A stretch of DNA of 64,000 nt from the NCBI GenBank assembly GCA_038042445.1, contig JBBTED010000018.1:33419-97418 (forward strand), read 5' to 3'. This document shows, one piece after another, positions 30,101-37,929 of this stretch. Every line of letters starts with the position of its first letter. Positions within the stretch are counted from its first letter, which is position 1. This stretch comes from Candidatus Firestoneibacteriota bacterium. GTDB taxonomy: Bacteria > Oederibacteriota > D2-FULL-39-29 > JBBTED01. The notes under the pieces were generated by a model, which saw nothing but the letters and a program-made list of their open reading frames with translations, made no database searches and was not told where the DNA came from. The position numbers and the translations under genes were made by a program.

Positions 30101-33049
30101 TCACCTGCCCCAGGAATTCTTACCATAACACCTTCTTCTGGTAGTAATATGATAAGTGGTAGTTGGACATCTACACTATTAAGACATAATACTCCAAATT
30201 TAATTAAGATAAAAGTTATTGGAAGTACTGTAGTTGGGCCTTATTATTCTAATGATATAAATGTACTTTTAGATACAACTTTACCATCTTCAATTATGGA
30301 TCTTAGTGCTTCTACAGGAGCTCTTGAAGGAGAAATAAATCTAACATGGACAGCACCAGGTGATGAGGGAAATAGTGGGACGGTTACAGGTTATCTTGTC
30401 CGATATTCAACAAGTCCGATAAATAATCAAACTGATTTTGATAATGCCACTACTTATACACAAAGTTGGTCACCTTTATCGTATGGTAATACTGAAAATC
30501 AAACTATTACTATGCCAGTAAATGGTGTTACTTATTATATTGCTATTAAAGGTTTTGATGAGGTGCCGAATTATGCTCCATCATTTAATACTACAGGCAA
30601 TAGTGCAGTATCACAAATAGATAGTGTGGCACCGTCTAACATAACTAATTTAGTTGTTACTACAGGTGCTTTGAAGAGTCAGCTTAATCTAAACTGGACA
30701 TCTGTTGGTGATAATGGAAATAGCGGGACAGCAACAAGTTATATTGTCCGATATTCTACTGCTCCTATTCTAAATCAGAATGATTTTAATAATGCATCAA
30801 TTTATGTTCAAAGTTGGACTCCTTTAGCAACAGGAAATGCTGAAAGTAAAGTTATTTCTGGGCTTCAATCAGGTGTTCTTTATTATGTTGCTATTGAAGC
30901 AAAAGATGAGGCTGGAAATCAAGCAGGTCTTTCTAATACAGCCAATGCTAATGCTACGACTCAGATTGATGTGGCACCACCTGCTGCTATTATAAATTTA
31001 GCTGCAACTACTGGTTTGCAACATACTCAGATAAATTTAACATGGACAGCTACAGGTGATGACCAGGATGTAGGAACAGCATCAAGATATATTGTCCGAT
31101 ATTCAACAAGTGCGATAAGTAATCAAACAGATTTTAATAATGCTAATACTTATGTGCAGAATTGGGTTCCATTATCAGCAGGTAATCTAGAAACCAAGAT
31201 ACTTGCAGGATTAACAGCTGGTGTTACTTACTATATTGCTATTGAAGCAGTAGATATCGAAAGTAAGCAGGGAGCTATTTCAAATACTACAGGTAATAGT
31301 GCAGTTGCTAAAAATGATATTACTGTTCCTAGCAATATTGGTGATTTAGTAGCTACTACTGGTTCAATTGAGGGAGAAATTAATTTGACATGGACGGCAT
31401 CAGGTGATGATGGAAATATTGGGACAGCTACGGGATATATTGTCCGATATTCAACAAGTGCGATAAGTAATCAAACAGATTTTAATAATGCTAATACTTA
31501 TGTTCAGAGTTGGGTTCCTTTATCAGCAGGTAATGTGGAAACCAAGACACTTACAGGATTAACACCTGGTGTTACTTACTATATTGCAATTGAAACAATA
31601 GACGAAAAACCAAATCAAGCAATTGATTTTAATAAAACTGGAAATAGTGCAATGGCTCAATTGGATGTTACCAAACCGTCTGCTATTACAAATTTATCTA
31701 CTTTTATTAGTGAAAATGATGAAAAAGGAGCAATTCATCTGACATGGACAGCATCAGGTGATGATGGAAATATTGGCACAGCTACAGGATATCTTGTTCG
31801 ATATTCAACAATCGCGATAACTAATCAAACAGATTTTGATAATGCAACTACTTATCAAAATACTTGGGTTTCTTTGCCTACAGGTCAGAAAGAAGAAAAA
31901 ACTATAACTGGTTTTTTGCCGGGTGTCCAGTATTACATTGCTATTGAATCAGTAGATGATAGAGGGAATACATCTGATTTATCTAATATTGCTGAAGGGA
32001 CTCCACGAATTGATTTGATTCCACCATTAGAGCCAATAGGTATAAAATGTGATTTTAATGCTTCTGGTTATTTTGTTATTAACTGGAAAGCACCAAATAG
32101 AAATGAAGATGATAGTGTTCTAAATGATTTATCTGAATATCATATTTACCGTACGGCTAATATTGATGGTGAATATGTATTGAAAAGTTCTGTATCTAAA
32201 GATACATTGAATTGGGTAGATATGGAAGTAACAACTACTACATCTGAAACATATTATTATATCATAAAGGCAGTAGATTATTTCGGTAATGAGAGTAAAT
32301 TATCAATGCAAATAAGTAATATAAATAAAGAAATTAGTATTGCTTTTAATGATGAAATTACTTTAAAATTACCTATAGAGATGAACAAATTGATTTATGG
32401 AGAATCTAATAAATATAAAGAAGACATTCGTTTTCAGTTAAAAAAGAAAATTGATGATGGAAAAAGAGTTTTAGGTAGTTATGAAATAAAAGCGATAAAG
32501 GAAAAAAATGGTGCAGAAATTAATAATTTCACTTTTGACAAACCAATTGAAATTGCTTTTAAATATAGAAATAATAGTAGAGCACAAATGTTCAAAGCTT
32601 CTTTTATTCAAGAGGACTTTAAACCTACGGTTTTTGTGCATAATGGAGTTGAGTGGGTGAAATTAGGTGGAAAAGTGGATAATAATTTAGAAAAAGTTGT
32701 TATAAAAACATCTAAGTTAGGAAATTTTATGCTTAAAGCTTCTGCTTCTTTAACTGAATTTACTATTGTTCAGATTACTCCTTCTAAAATATTTACACCA
32801 AATGGAGATGGACAGTGGGATGTAATTGAGTTCTACTTTGAAAATCCACGTGATACTTATGTTAATTCAACAAAAATTTTTGATATTACCGGAGCTGAAG
32901 TTTGCGATATGCAATTAAGCAGTACAGGTAATTCTTATGTTTGGGATGGAAAAAATAGAAATGGAGAAATTGTTTCTAATGGAGTTTATATTTACCAGAT
33001 AGAAGTTGAAGGTAAAGTTTTAAATGGCACTATAATAGTAGCAAAGTGA
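27116..33049 (+). CDS. Large secreted surface protein: Ig-like repeats, FN3 repeats and a T9SS-like (CHU_C/FlgD-type) C-terminal sorting domain
   Basis: Signal peptide ending VFA-TS; five ~110-117-aa repeats and five to six 116-aa FN3 repeats; C-terminus FTPNGDG.WD...IFDITG..V...WDGKN.NG..VSNGVYIYQIE; start is 27116 or 27251. Confidence 0.85.
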   Translation: MNNRLAVLKISNVIVAAERSSAKKVVARLKTAKLTLCSYINHIKYMSLLNFRMVNLLPIAFILLLTGQVFATSRTMSGTVYTDEGVTNIGSGKNMAISVNGGVATTFVTGANGVYSVAVNVTTNDKICVYLDNETEKATLVTIILDADLSGFNLYQNHLILRKETGGAGINNTDLSGADNGDADILYNVSGANLTVNAGVELYVWTGHTYASDGNINADAIKINGIFTNTTAGSIITCDDAGSITVNGTWTLTGGVGNLISLKSDLAGSQFDVINNGTVNLSYVDLKDCNASSSIIVTDGNDSGNNTYVIFQPAVYDGAVLTGDGAGSNSVSIDSISGVTTGVQILCFKISNPASTGNQAIKIDQFTIHLDGSSTAVITNIAEIALSGAVTSTVTTPVSNDITFGTPNVGFDGGILSVSNNTTSSDIVVKIKLKTTLTATETQFWKFNVDDDDVSESNLTSDMMGTTGVDIAGSSCALSIVATKLVWTTLPADTRIVDVSDEVVSGLVWQTQPVVKAVDANNNVDIDSVETVTLSLVGGAGTFAGTLTEGCVSGVANFVGNGIKYTVSGNNDGEGFVLRASGGALTTADTSGLSADVVATKLVWTTVPADSRRVDVSDEVVSGLAFETQPVVKPEDDDNKVDADSTQIVTLSLISGVGTFAGTLTKACVLGEANFSSNGVKYTVSGNNEGETFAIRASGGSLTAADTGLLSSDIVASQLVWTQSASHSGVPNGDIISGVVFNTQPKVETRDADNKLDTDYVSSVVLSETGAGFLSGTTSVAAVSGVVTYTGIAYNVNADQESFTLKADSGSLTQGSDTSKVADVVATKLSFTVQPQETGQAANTIVSGNVFDTQSQVEARNNSDKKDVNFIDTVTVVETGTGSLSGTSSVAAVAGVVTFTNLVYTAVVDNEMFKLSADDTPGGQEGNLTGTFESANTTANVLATKLVFDVQPSSSVVMNIDVVIHPVLKALDANNTIDVNNTDTLTISAVLSADLSPAPGILTITPSSGSNMISGSWTSTLLRHNTPNLIKIKVIGSTVVGPYYSNDINVLLDTTLPSSIMDLSASTGALEGEINLTWTAPGDEGNSGTVTGYLVRYSTSPINNQTDFDNATTYTQSWSPLSYGNTENQTITMPVNGVTYYIAIKGFDEVPNYAPSFNTTGNSAVSQIDSVAPSNITNLVVTTGALKSQLNLNWTSVGDNGNSGTATSYIVRYSTAPILNQNDFNNASIYVQSWTPLATGNAESKVISGLQSGVLYYVAIEAKDEAGNQAGLSNTANANATTQIDVAPPAAIINLAATTGLQHTQINLTWTATGDDQDVGTASRYIVRYSTSAISNQTDFNNANTYVQNWVPLSAGNLETKILAGLTAGVTYYIAIEAVDIESKQGAISNTTGNSAVAKNDITVPSNIGDLVATTGSIEGEINLTWTASGDDGNIGTATGYIVRYSTSAISNQTDFNNANTYVQSWVPLSAGNVETKTLTGLTPGVTYYIAIETIDEKPNQAIDFNKTGNSAMAQLDVTKPSAITNLSTFISENDEKGAIHLTWTASGDDGNIGTATGYLVRYSTIAITNQTDFDNATTYQNTWVSLPTGQKEEKTITGFLPGVQYYIAIESVDDRGNTSDLSNIAEGTPRIDLIPPLEPIGIKCDFNASGYFVINWKAPNRNEDDSVLNDLSEYHIYRTANIDGEYVLKSSVSKDTLNWVDMEVTTTTSETYYYIIKAVDYFGNESKLSMQISNINKEISIAFNDEITLKLPIEMNKLIYGESNKYKEDIRFQLKKKIDDGKRVLGSYEIKAIKEKNGAEINNFTFDKPIEIAFKYRNNSRAQMFKASFIQEDFKPTVFVHNGVEWVKLGGKVDNNLEKVVIKTSKLGNFMLKASASLTEFTIVQITPSKIFTPNGDGQWDVIEFYFENPRDTYVNSTKIFDITGAEVCDMQLSSTGNSYVWDGKNRNGEIVSNGVYIYQIEVEGKVLNGTIIVAK
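27158..27232. repeat. GTAG-type REP doublet inside the 5' part of the large ORF
   Basis: GTAGCCGCAGAGCGAAGCTCTGC and inverted GCAAAGCTTACGCTTTGCAGCTAC. Confidence 0.7.
28556..30270 (+). repeat. Five tandem intragenic Ig-like repeats
   Basis: VATKL-type starts at 28556, 28907, 29258, 29588 and 29939 (periods 351/351/330/351 bp). Confidence 0.8.
30272..32011 (+). repeat. Five tandem 348-bp FN3 repeats
   Basis: D..xP..I..L starts at 30272, 30620, 30968, 31316 and 31664; conserved LTWTA.GDDG..GTA..Y.VRYST. Confidence 0.85.
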
Positions 33050-33150
33050 CGCGAAGCGTCACTTCCGCATGTAGTAAGCGGGAATCCAGTGTCTTTTATT
33101 GGTAGTAGTACGCTTAGGCGGACGAAGTATGTAGTTGCCGATTTATCGGC
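33044..33150. repeat. Cluster of palindromic repeats (GTCA-type and GTAG-type)
   Basis: AAGTGACGC-GAA-GCGTCACTT hairpin; TTCCGC-ATGTAGTAA-GCGGGAATCCAG (same loop as 57472); GTAGTTGCCGATTTATCGGC. Confidence 0.65.
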
Positions 33151-33177
33151 ATATTGTTTTAGGAGGGGGATTTTAAA

Positions 33178-35058
33178 ATGTCTGATTTTAAATGGAAGTT
33201 TTCTGAACATCTGAAATTTGTGCCAAGATTATCAGGTGTAGAAAAAAACAAGATGGAAAAGACTACTGATATACAAAATACGATTAAACAATTGAGATTG
33301 AGTGAATTGCAAATGTTATATATAGAAAAAGTAGAGGAATCACGCAAGTTAATGGATAAAACAGAAGACTTAGTTAAGTTGATAGAAGAAAAAAATAATA
33401 ACTGGAATGACAAATTAGAATCATTAAGACAAAAAGAAAGTGAAATAAGTTCTTTGTCTGAAAGGTTAGAAACAAAAGAGAAAATTGCAGATAAATTTGT
33501 TGATGAGGTGAAATCTAAAAAAGATAAATTGGAGATAAATGCAGAAGAAATAAATAGATATAATAAAGAATTAGTATCGTTACTGGTAGAATTAAAAGGG
33601 AAACAGTATAGTAAAGAATTTGAGCAAATAGATAAACTTAATAAAGAATTGCGTCTATTAGCTGAGGAAAGAGATATAGCAGTTACGAGATGCGAAGAAA
33701 AAACACAGGAAGTTGAACGTGTTAGATGGGAGTTGCAGTCTTTAGCTATACAGTTTGAAGAGAGGGAGAAGAATTGGAATGAGAAAATTAAGATGTATGA
33801 GCCTGATAAGGAAAAGTTAGAGAAGCAGAATGCAGATAAAGGACAGCAGATAGATAGATTAAAAAAAGAATTGCAGGCATTGATAGAGGAGAGAAATATA
33901 CTAAATACCAATTACGAAGAAAAAATACAGGAAGTTAAACGGCTTAAAGATGAGTTGCATTTTTTAAACATACGGTTTGAAGAGAAAGAGAATAATTGGA
34001 GTGAGAATATTAAGTTATTTAGGCAGGAGCAGGTAGAATTAAACAGGCAGAATGCAGATAAAGGACAACAAATAGATAGATTTAATAAAAAATTACAGGC
34101 ATTAGCAGAAGAGAAAAATACAGTAAGTACGAAATATGAAGAAAAAGTAAAAGAAATAGATAGATTAAATAGTGAATTCAAAAAAACACTTGAAAGATTT
34201 AGGGAAAATGAAAAAGTAGGAGAAAAAAATAGTGAAGAGTTAAGGGATAAGAAAAGGGAATTAACATTAAAGGAACAAGAAATAAATCAACTTAAAGAAA
34301 AATTAAAGATATTAGAGGGAAAGAAAGATGTGGATGGGAAAATAAATGATACAAACGTTCAAGAAAAAACTAAACAAATTGAAGAAATGTTAAAAGTGGA
34401 AAGAGTAGTTATGAAAGAATTAATTTTTGGTGTTGTTCACCAAATACGTAATCCATTGGGAATAATTAGTACAAATACTCAATTCCTTTTGAAAAAGAAA
34501 AAATATAAAAAGGGTGAAGACAAATTATTGCAAGTGATTTTTAATACTGTTGAAAGTTTTAATAGGAAAATTGATATATTTCTTGAACTTGCCAATCCAA
34601 TAGAATTGTTTACACAGGTTGTTTCTTTAAGTAAGGTTTTAGATGGGATTTTTTCAATTGTTGAAGAAAAATGTAAAATGCAAAATATTAAGTTAATAAA
34701 AGGTTATCCTGCAGACTTACCTAAAGCAGAGGTTGACGCTAATAAATTGAGTCAGGCATTGCTTAATATTTTCTCCAATTCTTTGTTTGCTACTCCTGAG
34801 GGAGGTACTATTGAAGTAAATACACATTTGGATTTTGGAAAAAAAGAAGTTGCGATTAGATTTGTAGATAATGGTAGTGGAATTTCTCAAGTGTATATTG
34901 ATCAAGTAGGGATACCATTTTTTACCACAAAGAAAGACGCATTAGGATTGGGAATTTTTTCTGCAAAACGTATTATAATTTCTCATAAAGGGCATATTAA
35001 AATCGATACCAATTCTGACAAAGGAATAACTGTAACTGTATTTTTGCCATATTGTTAA
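33178..35058 (+). CDS. Histidine kinase with a long coiled-coil (74-aa repeat) N-terminus
   Basis: H-box HQIRNPL, N-box LLNIFSNS, DNGSGI, PFFTTK, LGLG; about 400 aa of heptad-rich sequence; no TM helix. Confidence 0.85.
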   Translation: MSDFKWKFSEHLKFVPRLSGVEKNKMEKTTDIQNTIKQLRLSELQMLYIEKVEESRKLMDKTEDLVKLIEEKNNNWNDKLESLRQKESEISSLSERLETKEKIADKFVDEVKSKKDKLEINAEEINRYNKELVSLLVELKGKQYSKEFEQIDKLNKELRLLAEERDIAVTRCEEKTQEVERVRWELQSLAIQFEEREKNWNEKIKMYEPDKEKLEKQNADKGQQIDRLKKELQALIEERNILNTNYEEKIQEVKRLKDELHFLNIRFEEKENNWSENIKLFRQEQVELNRQNADKGQQIDRFNKKLQALAEEKNTVSTKYEEKVKEIDRLNSEFKKTLERFRENEKVGEKNSEELRDKKRELTLKEQEINQLKEKLKILEGKKDVDGKINDTNVQEKTKQIEEMLKVERVVMKELIFGVVHQIRNPLGIISTNTQFLLKKKKYKKGEDKLLQVIFNTVESFNRKIDIFLELANPIELFTQVVSLSKVLDGIFSIVEEKCKMQNIKLIKGYPADLPKAEVDANKLSQALLNIFSNSLFATPEGGTIEVNTHLDFGKKEVAIRFVDNGSGISQVYIDQVGIPFFTTKKDALGLGIFSAKRIIISHKGHIKIDTNSDKGITVTVFLPYC

Positions 35059-35069
35059 ATAATTTATTT

Positions 35070-35101
35070 CTTCCCCTGATAAGGGGGAGATAGAGGGGGT
35101 T
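35070..35101. repeat. CCCCT-family palindromic repeat
   Basis: CTTCCCCTGATAAGGGGGAGATAGAGGGGGTT, near-identical to 61115-61147. Confidence 0.75.
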
Positions 35102-35105
35102 ATAA

Positions 35106-36329
35106 ATGTATAATATTCTTATTATAGATGATGAACAGGAGATGATTGATGCACTTAGAAATATTTTAGAGCAAGATGGATATACTGTTACTGCTACAAC
35201 TGATGGTGTAAGTGCATTAAAAAAAGTAGAAAACAATAATTTTGATGTTGTTTTATTAGATGTTCGCATTCCTGGTATGGATGGTATTCAGATTTTAGAA
35301 CAGATTAAAAAAACAAATAAAAATCTTCCTGTTATTATGGTTACAGGCTATGGAGATACAAAAACTTCAGTACAGGCAATGAAATTAGGAGCATTTGATT
35401 ATATTTCTAAGCCTTTTAATTATGAAGAATTAATTAATCTTATTGAGAAAGCTGTTCAAATGAATAAATTAGAAGGGAAATCTGGAATATATGAAAACCA
35501 ATTGACAAGGAAACCTGAAGGGGCTCGGGCAATTGAAAAGGAGAAAGAGAAAAAAATAGCTCAAGAAAGTGTGCCTTATATCAAACATAATCGAATCCAG
35601 TTGAAAGTAGTATTTGCAATTTGTTTGAGCGTAATAATTTTATCACTTGGTATTTTTTATTATTTGCAAATTTTTTCCGGCAAAACACAAATCTATTTGA
35701 CTACTTGTACTAATCCTTCTGCTATAACATGTGACAAAGAATATCTTTGGATAAATGACTGGGTTACAAATATAATATATAAACATAAACTAGTTAAACA
35801 GCTTCCTGTTGTAAAAAAATATAGCTTTAACAATTTACACCTAACAGGCATAGCATTAGCAGGGAATATGATTTTTACATGCGATATTGAAAATAAGAAA
35901 ATTTATAAGCATAATATTGATGATAACCTGACAATTATTGATACTTATCCTAGCCCTGGTATTAGTCCATCAGGTATTTTCTGGGATGGGAAATATCTTT
36001 GGTCATGCGATGCTGAAAGTGATAAGATATACAAACAATATTTTGACGGTAAAAATCTTGTTGTTATTGAAACATATCCAAGTCCTTCAACACATCCTAT
36101 AGGTGTTGCTTATTATAAAGAATATTTATGGTCTGCTGATGCTGATACAAATAAGATATATAAACATGAATTAGATAAAACTCTTTCAGTTGTAGACACG
36201 TATTATATACCTAAAGAAGAGGCATCTATTTCCAGTTTTACATTAATAGACGGTAAAATATGGGTTGTTACTGAAGACAATAATAAAGTATTTTCATATA
36301 GTTTATCACATATTATGAAGAATAAATAA
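35106..36329 (+). CDS. Receiver domain + TM helix + extracytoplasmic beta-propeller repeat protein
   Basis: Intact REC (IDDE, LLD, VTG, KPF); hydrophobic VVFAICLSVIILSLGIFYYL; five PSGI.WDGKYLW..D....IYK-type repeats. Confidence 0.8.
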   Translation: MYNILIIDDEQEMIDALRNILEQDGYTVTATTDGVSALKKVENNNFDVVLLDVRIPGMDGIQILEQIKKTNKNLPVIMVTGYGDTKTSVQAMKLGAFDYISKPFNYEELINLIEKAVQMNKLEGKSGIYENQLTRKPEGARAIEKEKEKKIAQESVPYIKHNRIQLKVVFAICLSVIILSLGIFYYLQIFSGKTQIYLTTCTNPSAITCDKEYLWINDWVTNIIYKHKLVKQLPVVKKYSFNNLHLTGIALAGNMIFTCDIENKKIYKHNIDDNLTIIDTYPSPGISPSGIFWDGKYLWSCDAESDKIYKQYFDGKNLVVIETYPSPSTHPIGVAYYKEYLWSADADTNKIYKHELDKTLSVVDTYYIPKEEASISSFTLIDGKIWVVTEDNNKVFSYSLSHIMKNK

Positions 36330-36371
36330 AGGAGAATCTGTCATTGCGAGAAAGATAGAAGGGAGAATATA

Positions 36372-37853
36372 ATGATCCAGTGTCCAAAATGCAAAACAGA
36401 AAATAATGACATAGCCAAATTTTGCCAAAACTGTGGAAGAAAGCTAGGACATTCTTCATCAGGGGTTTTCTTAAAAACAGTTATTGCGATAATATTGGTT
36501 TTGGCTATAGGATTTGGGGCGTACTATTTTAATGCGTCTAAAACTTTGCCCAGTCGTGCTGATTTAATGATTAAATCAACGGAAAAAAAATCAAAAGAAA
36601 TAGAAATAATTGGGATAAAGGAGGTTTTTCAGGAACAATTTAATGAGGGAAATAAATTGTTGCGGGAAGCTAAGGAATTATATTATGCCGGTAAATATAC
36701 AAAGGTATTGAAAACAGCAAAAAGAGCTAATGAAGTTATTGATAAAGTAAAATTAGGAATAAGAGATTTTGTTGATATTGAATATGGGCGATTATTTGTG
36801 GAAGGAGAAGAACAGATACAAAGTGGTAACTACGAAAAAGCACTTGAATGTTTTGAGAAAGCTATGGAATGTAGGAAAGGCGATATTCCATCTACAGGAA
36901 AAATAGAGCATTGTAAAAATAATCTTTATGAAATGTATTTTAAAAAAGGGCAGGAATATGTTCCGAATTTATTATGGGATGAGGCAATAAATGCGTATCA
37001 AATAGCGCTGAAATATAAACCTGATGACAAACAAGCAGAGGATGAATTAAAAATTGTGCAAGCAAAGAAGGAAGAAGCATATAAAATAGAGGAAGCAAAA
37101 GCAAAGGCAATAGCAGCAGCAGAGAAGAAGAAATATGAAAATATGGTATACATACCAGCAGGAGAATTTGAAATGGGAAGCAATGATTGTGTTGATGAGA
37201 AACCAGTTCATAGAGTATATCTTGACGGATACTATATAGACAAATACAAAGTAACGAATGAGCAATATGCGAAATTTTTGAATGAATGGGGAAAGACAAT
37301 AGACAGGAATGGCAATGAAATGATTGACATAGAAAATAGCGCAATATCAAACGAAGGAGAAAAATTTGTTATTCAATCTGGCTATGAGAAATACCCTGTT
37401 ATATATATAAGTTGGTATGGAGCCAATCAATATGCGAAGTGGTGTGGTAAAAGATTACCAACAGAAGCAGAATGGGAGAAGGCATGTAGTGCTGGAAGTA
37501 AAACAAAATATTGTTTTGGGGATGATGAAAATAAACTTGGTGAATATGCATGGTATAAAGATAATTCAGATGGACGGACACATCCAGTAGGAAAGAAGAA
37601 ACCAAACAAATGGGGATTATATGATATGCATGGTAATGTATGGGAATGGTGTTCTGATTGGTATGATGAAAAATATTATGAAAAGAGCCCTAAGGATAAT
37701 CCTAAAGGATCTAACACGGGGACTAGTAAAGTTCTTCGTGGTGGTACGTGGGATTTCATTGCTAATGATTGTCGGTCATCTTATCGCGGCAGCGGCACGC
37801 TGGTCAGCTGGGGCGATCTTGTAGGTTTCCGTTGCGTGCGAGTAGCGAAATAA
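36372..37853 (+). CDS. Zinc ribbon + TM + TPR + FGE-sulfatase (C-type lectin fold) protein; candidate DGR target
   Basis: CPKC...CQNC; one TM; TPR helices; IPAGEFEMG, RLPTEAEWEKA, GLYDMHGNVWEW, RGG.W, GFRC; lacks the FGE catalytic Cys pair. Confidence 0.88.
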   Translation: MIQCPKCKTENNDIAKFCQNCGRKLGHSSSGVFLKTVIAIILVLAIGFGAYYFNASKTLPSRADLMIKSTEKKSKEIEIIGIKEVFQEQFNEGNKLLREAKELYYAGKYTKVLKTAKRANEVIDKVKLGIRDFVDIEYGRLFVEGEEQIQSGNYEKALECFEKAMECRKGDIPSTGKIEHCKNNLYEMYFKKGQEYVPNLLWDEAINAYQIALKYKPDDKQAEDELKIVQAKKEEAYKIEEAKAKAIAAAEKKKYENMVYIPAGEFEMGSNDCVDEKPVHRVYLDGYYIDKYKVTNEQYAKFLNEWGKTIDRNGNEMIDIENSAISNEGEKFVIQSGYEKYPVIYISWYGANQYAKWCGKRLPTEAEWEKACSAGSKTKYCFGDDENKLGEYAWYKDNSDGRTHPVGKKKPNKWGLYDMHGNVWEWCSDWYDEKYYEKSPKDNPKGSNTGTSKVLRGGTWDFIANDCRSSYRGSGTLVSWGDLVGFRCVRVAK

Positions 37854-37929
37854 AATCTACTTTACATAAAATCATTATAAGTGCTATAATTCCTATTATT
37901 TTATTAATGTATTTAATAATTAAAAAATT

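Noticed and set aside
28441..34181. Long antisense ORFs (28441-29148, 33159-33911, 33912-34181)
   Set aside because: Shadows of repetitive, codon-biased sense genes with no recognisable motifs; the same applies to the other short antisense ORFs in the track.
36372..37853. Active formylglycine-generating enzyme
   Set aside because: It lacks the catalytic Cys pair and has a membrane-receptor architecture.
37854..37929. DGR template repeat or hairpin next to the candidate variable region
   Set aside because: The region is short and AT-rich with promoter-like boxes (TTTACA-N18-TATAAT); no AAC-rich copy or GC hairpin was seen.
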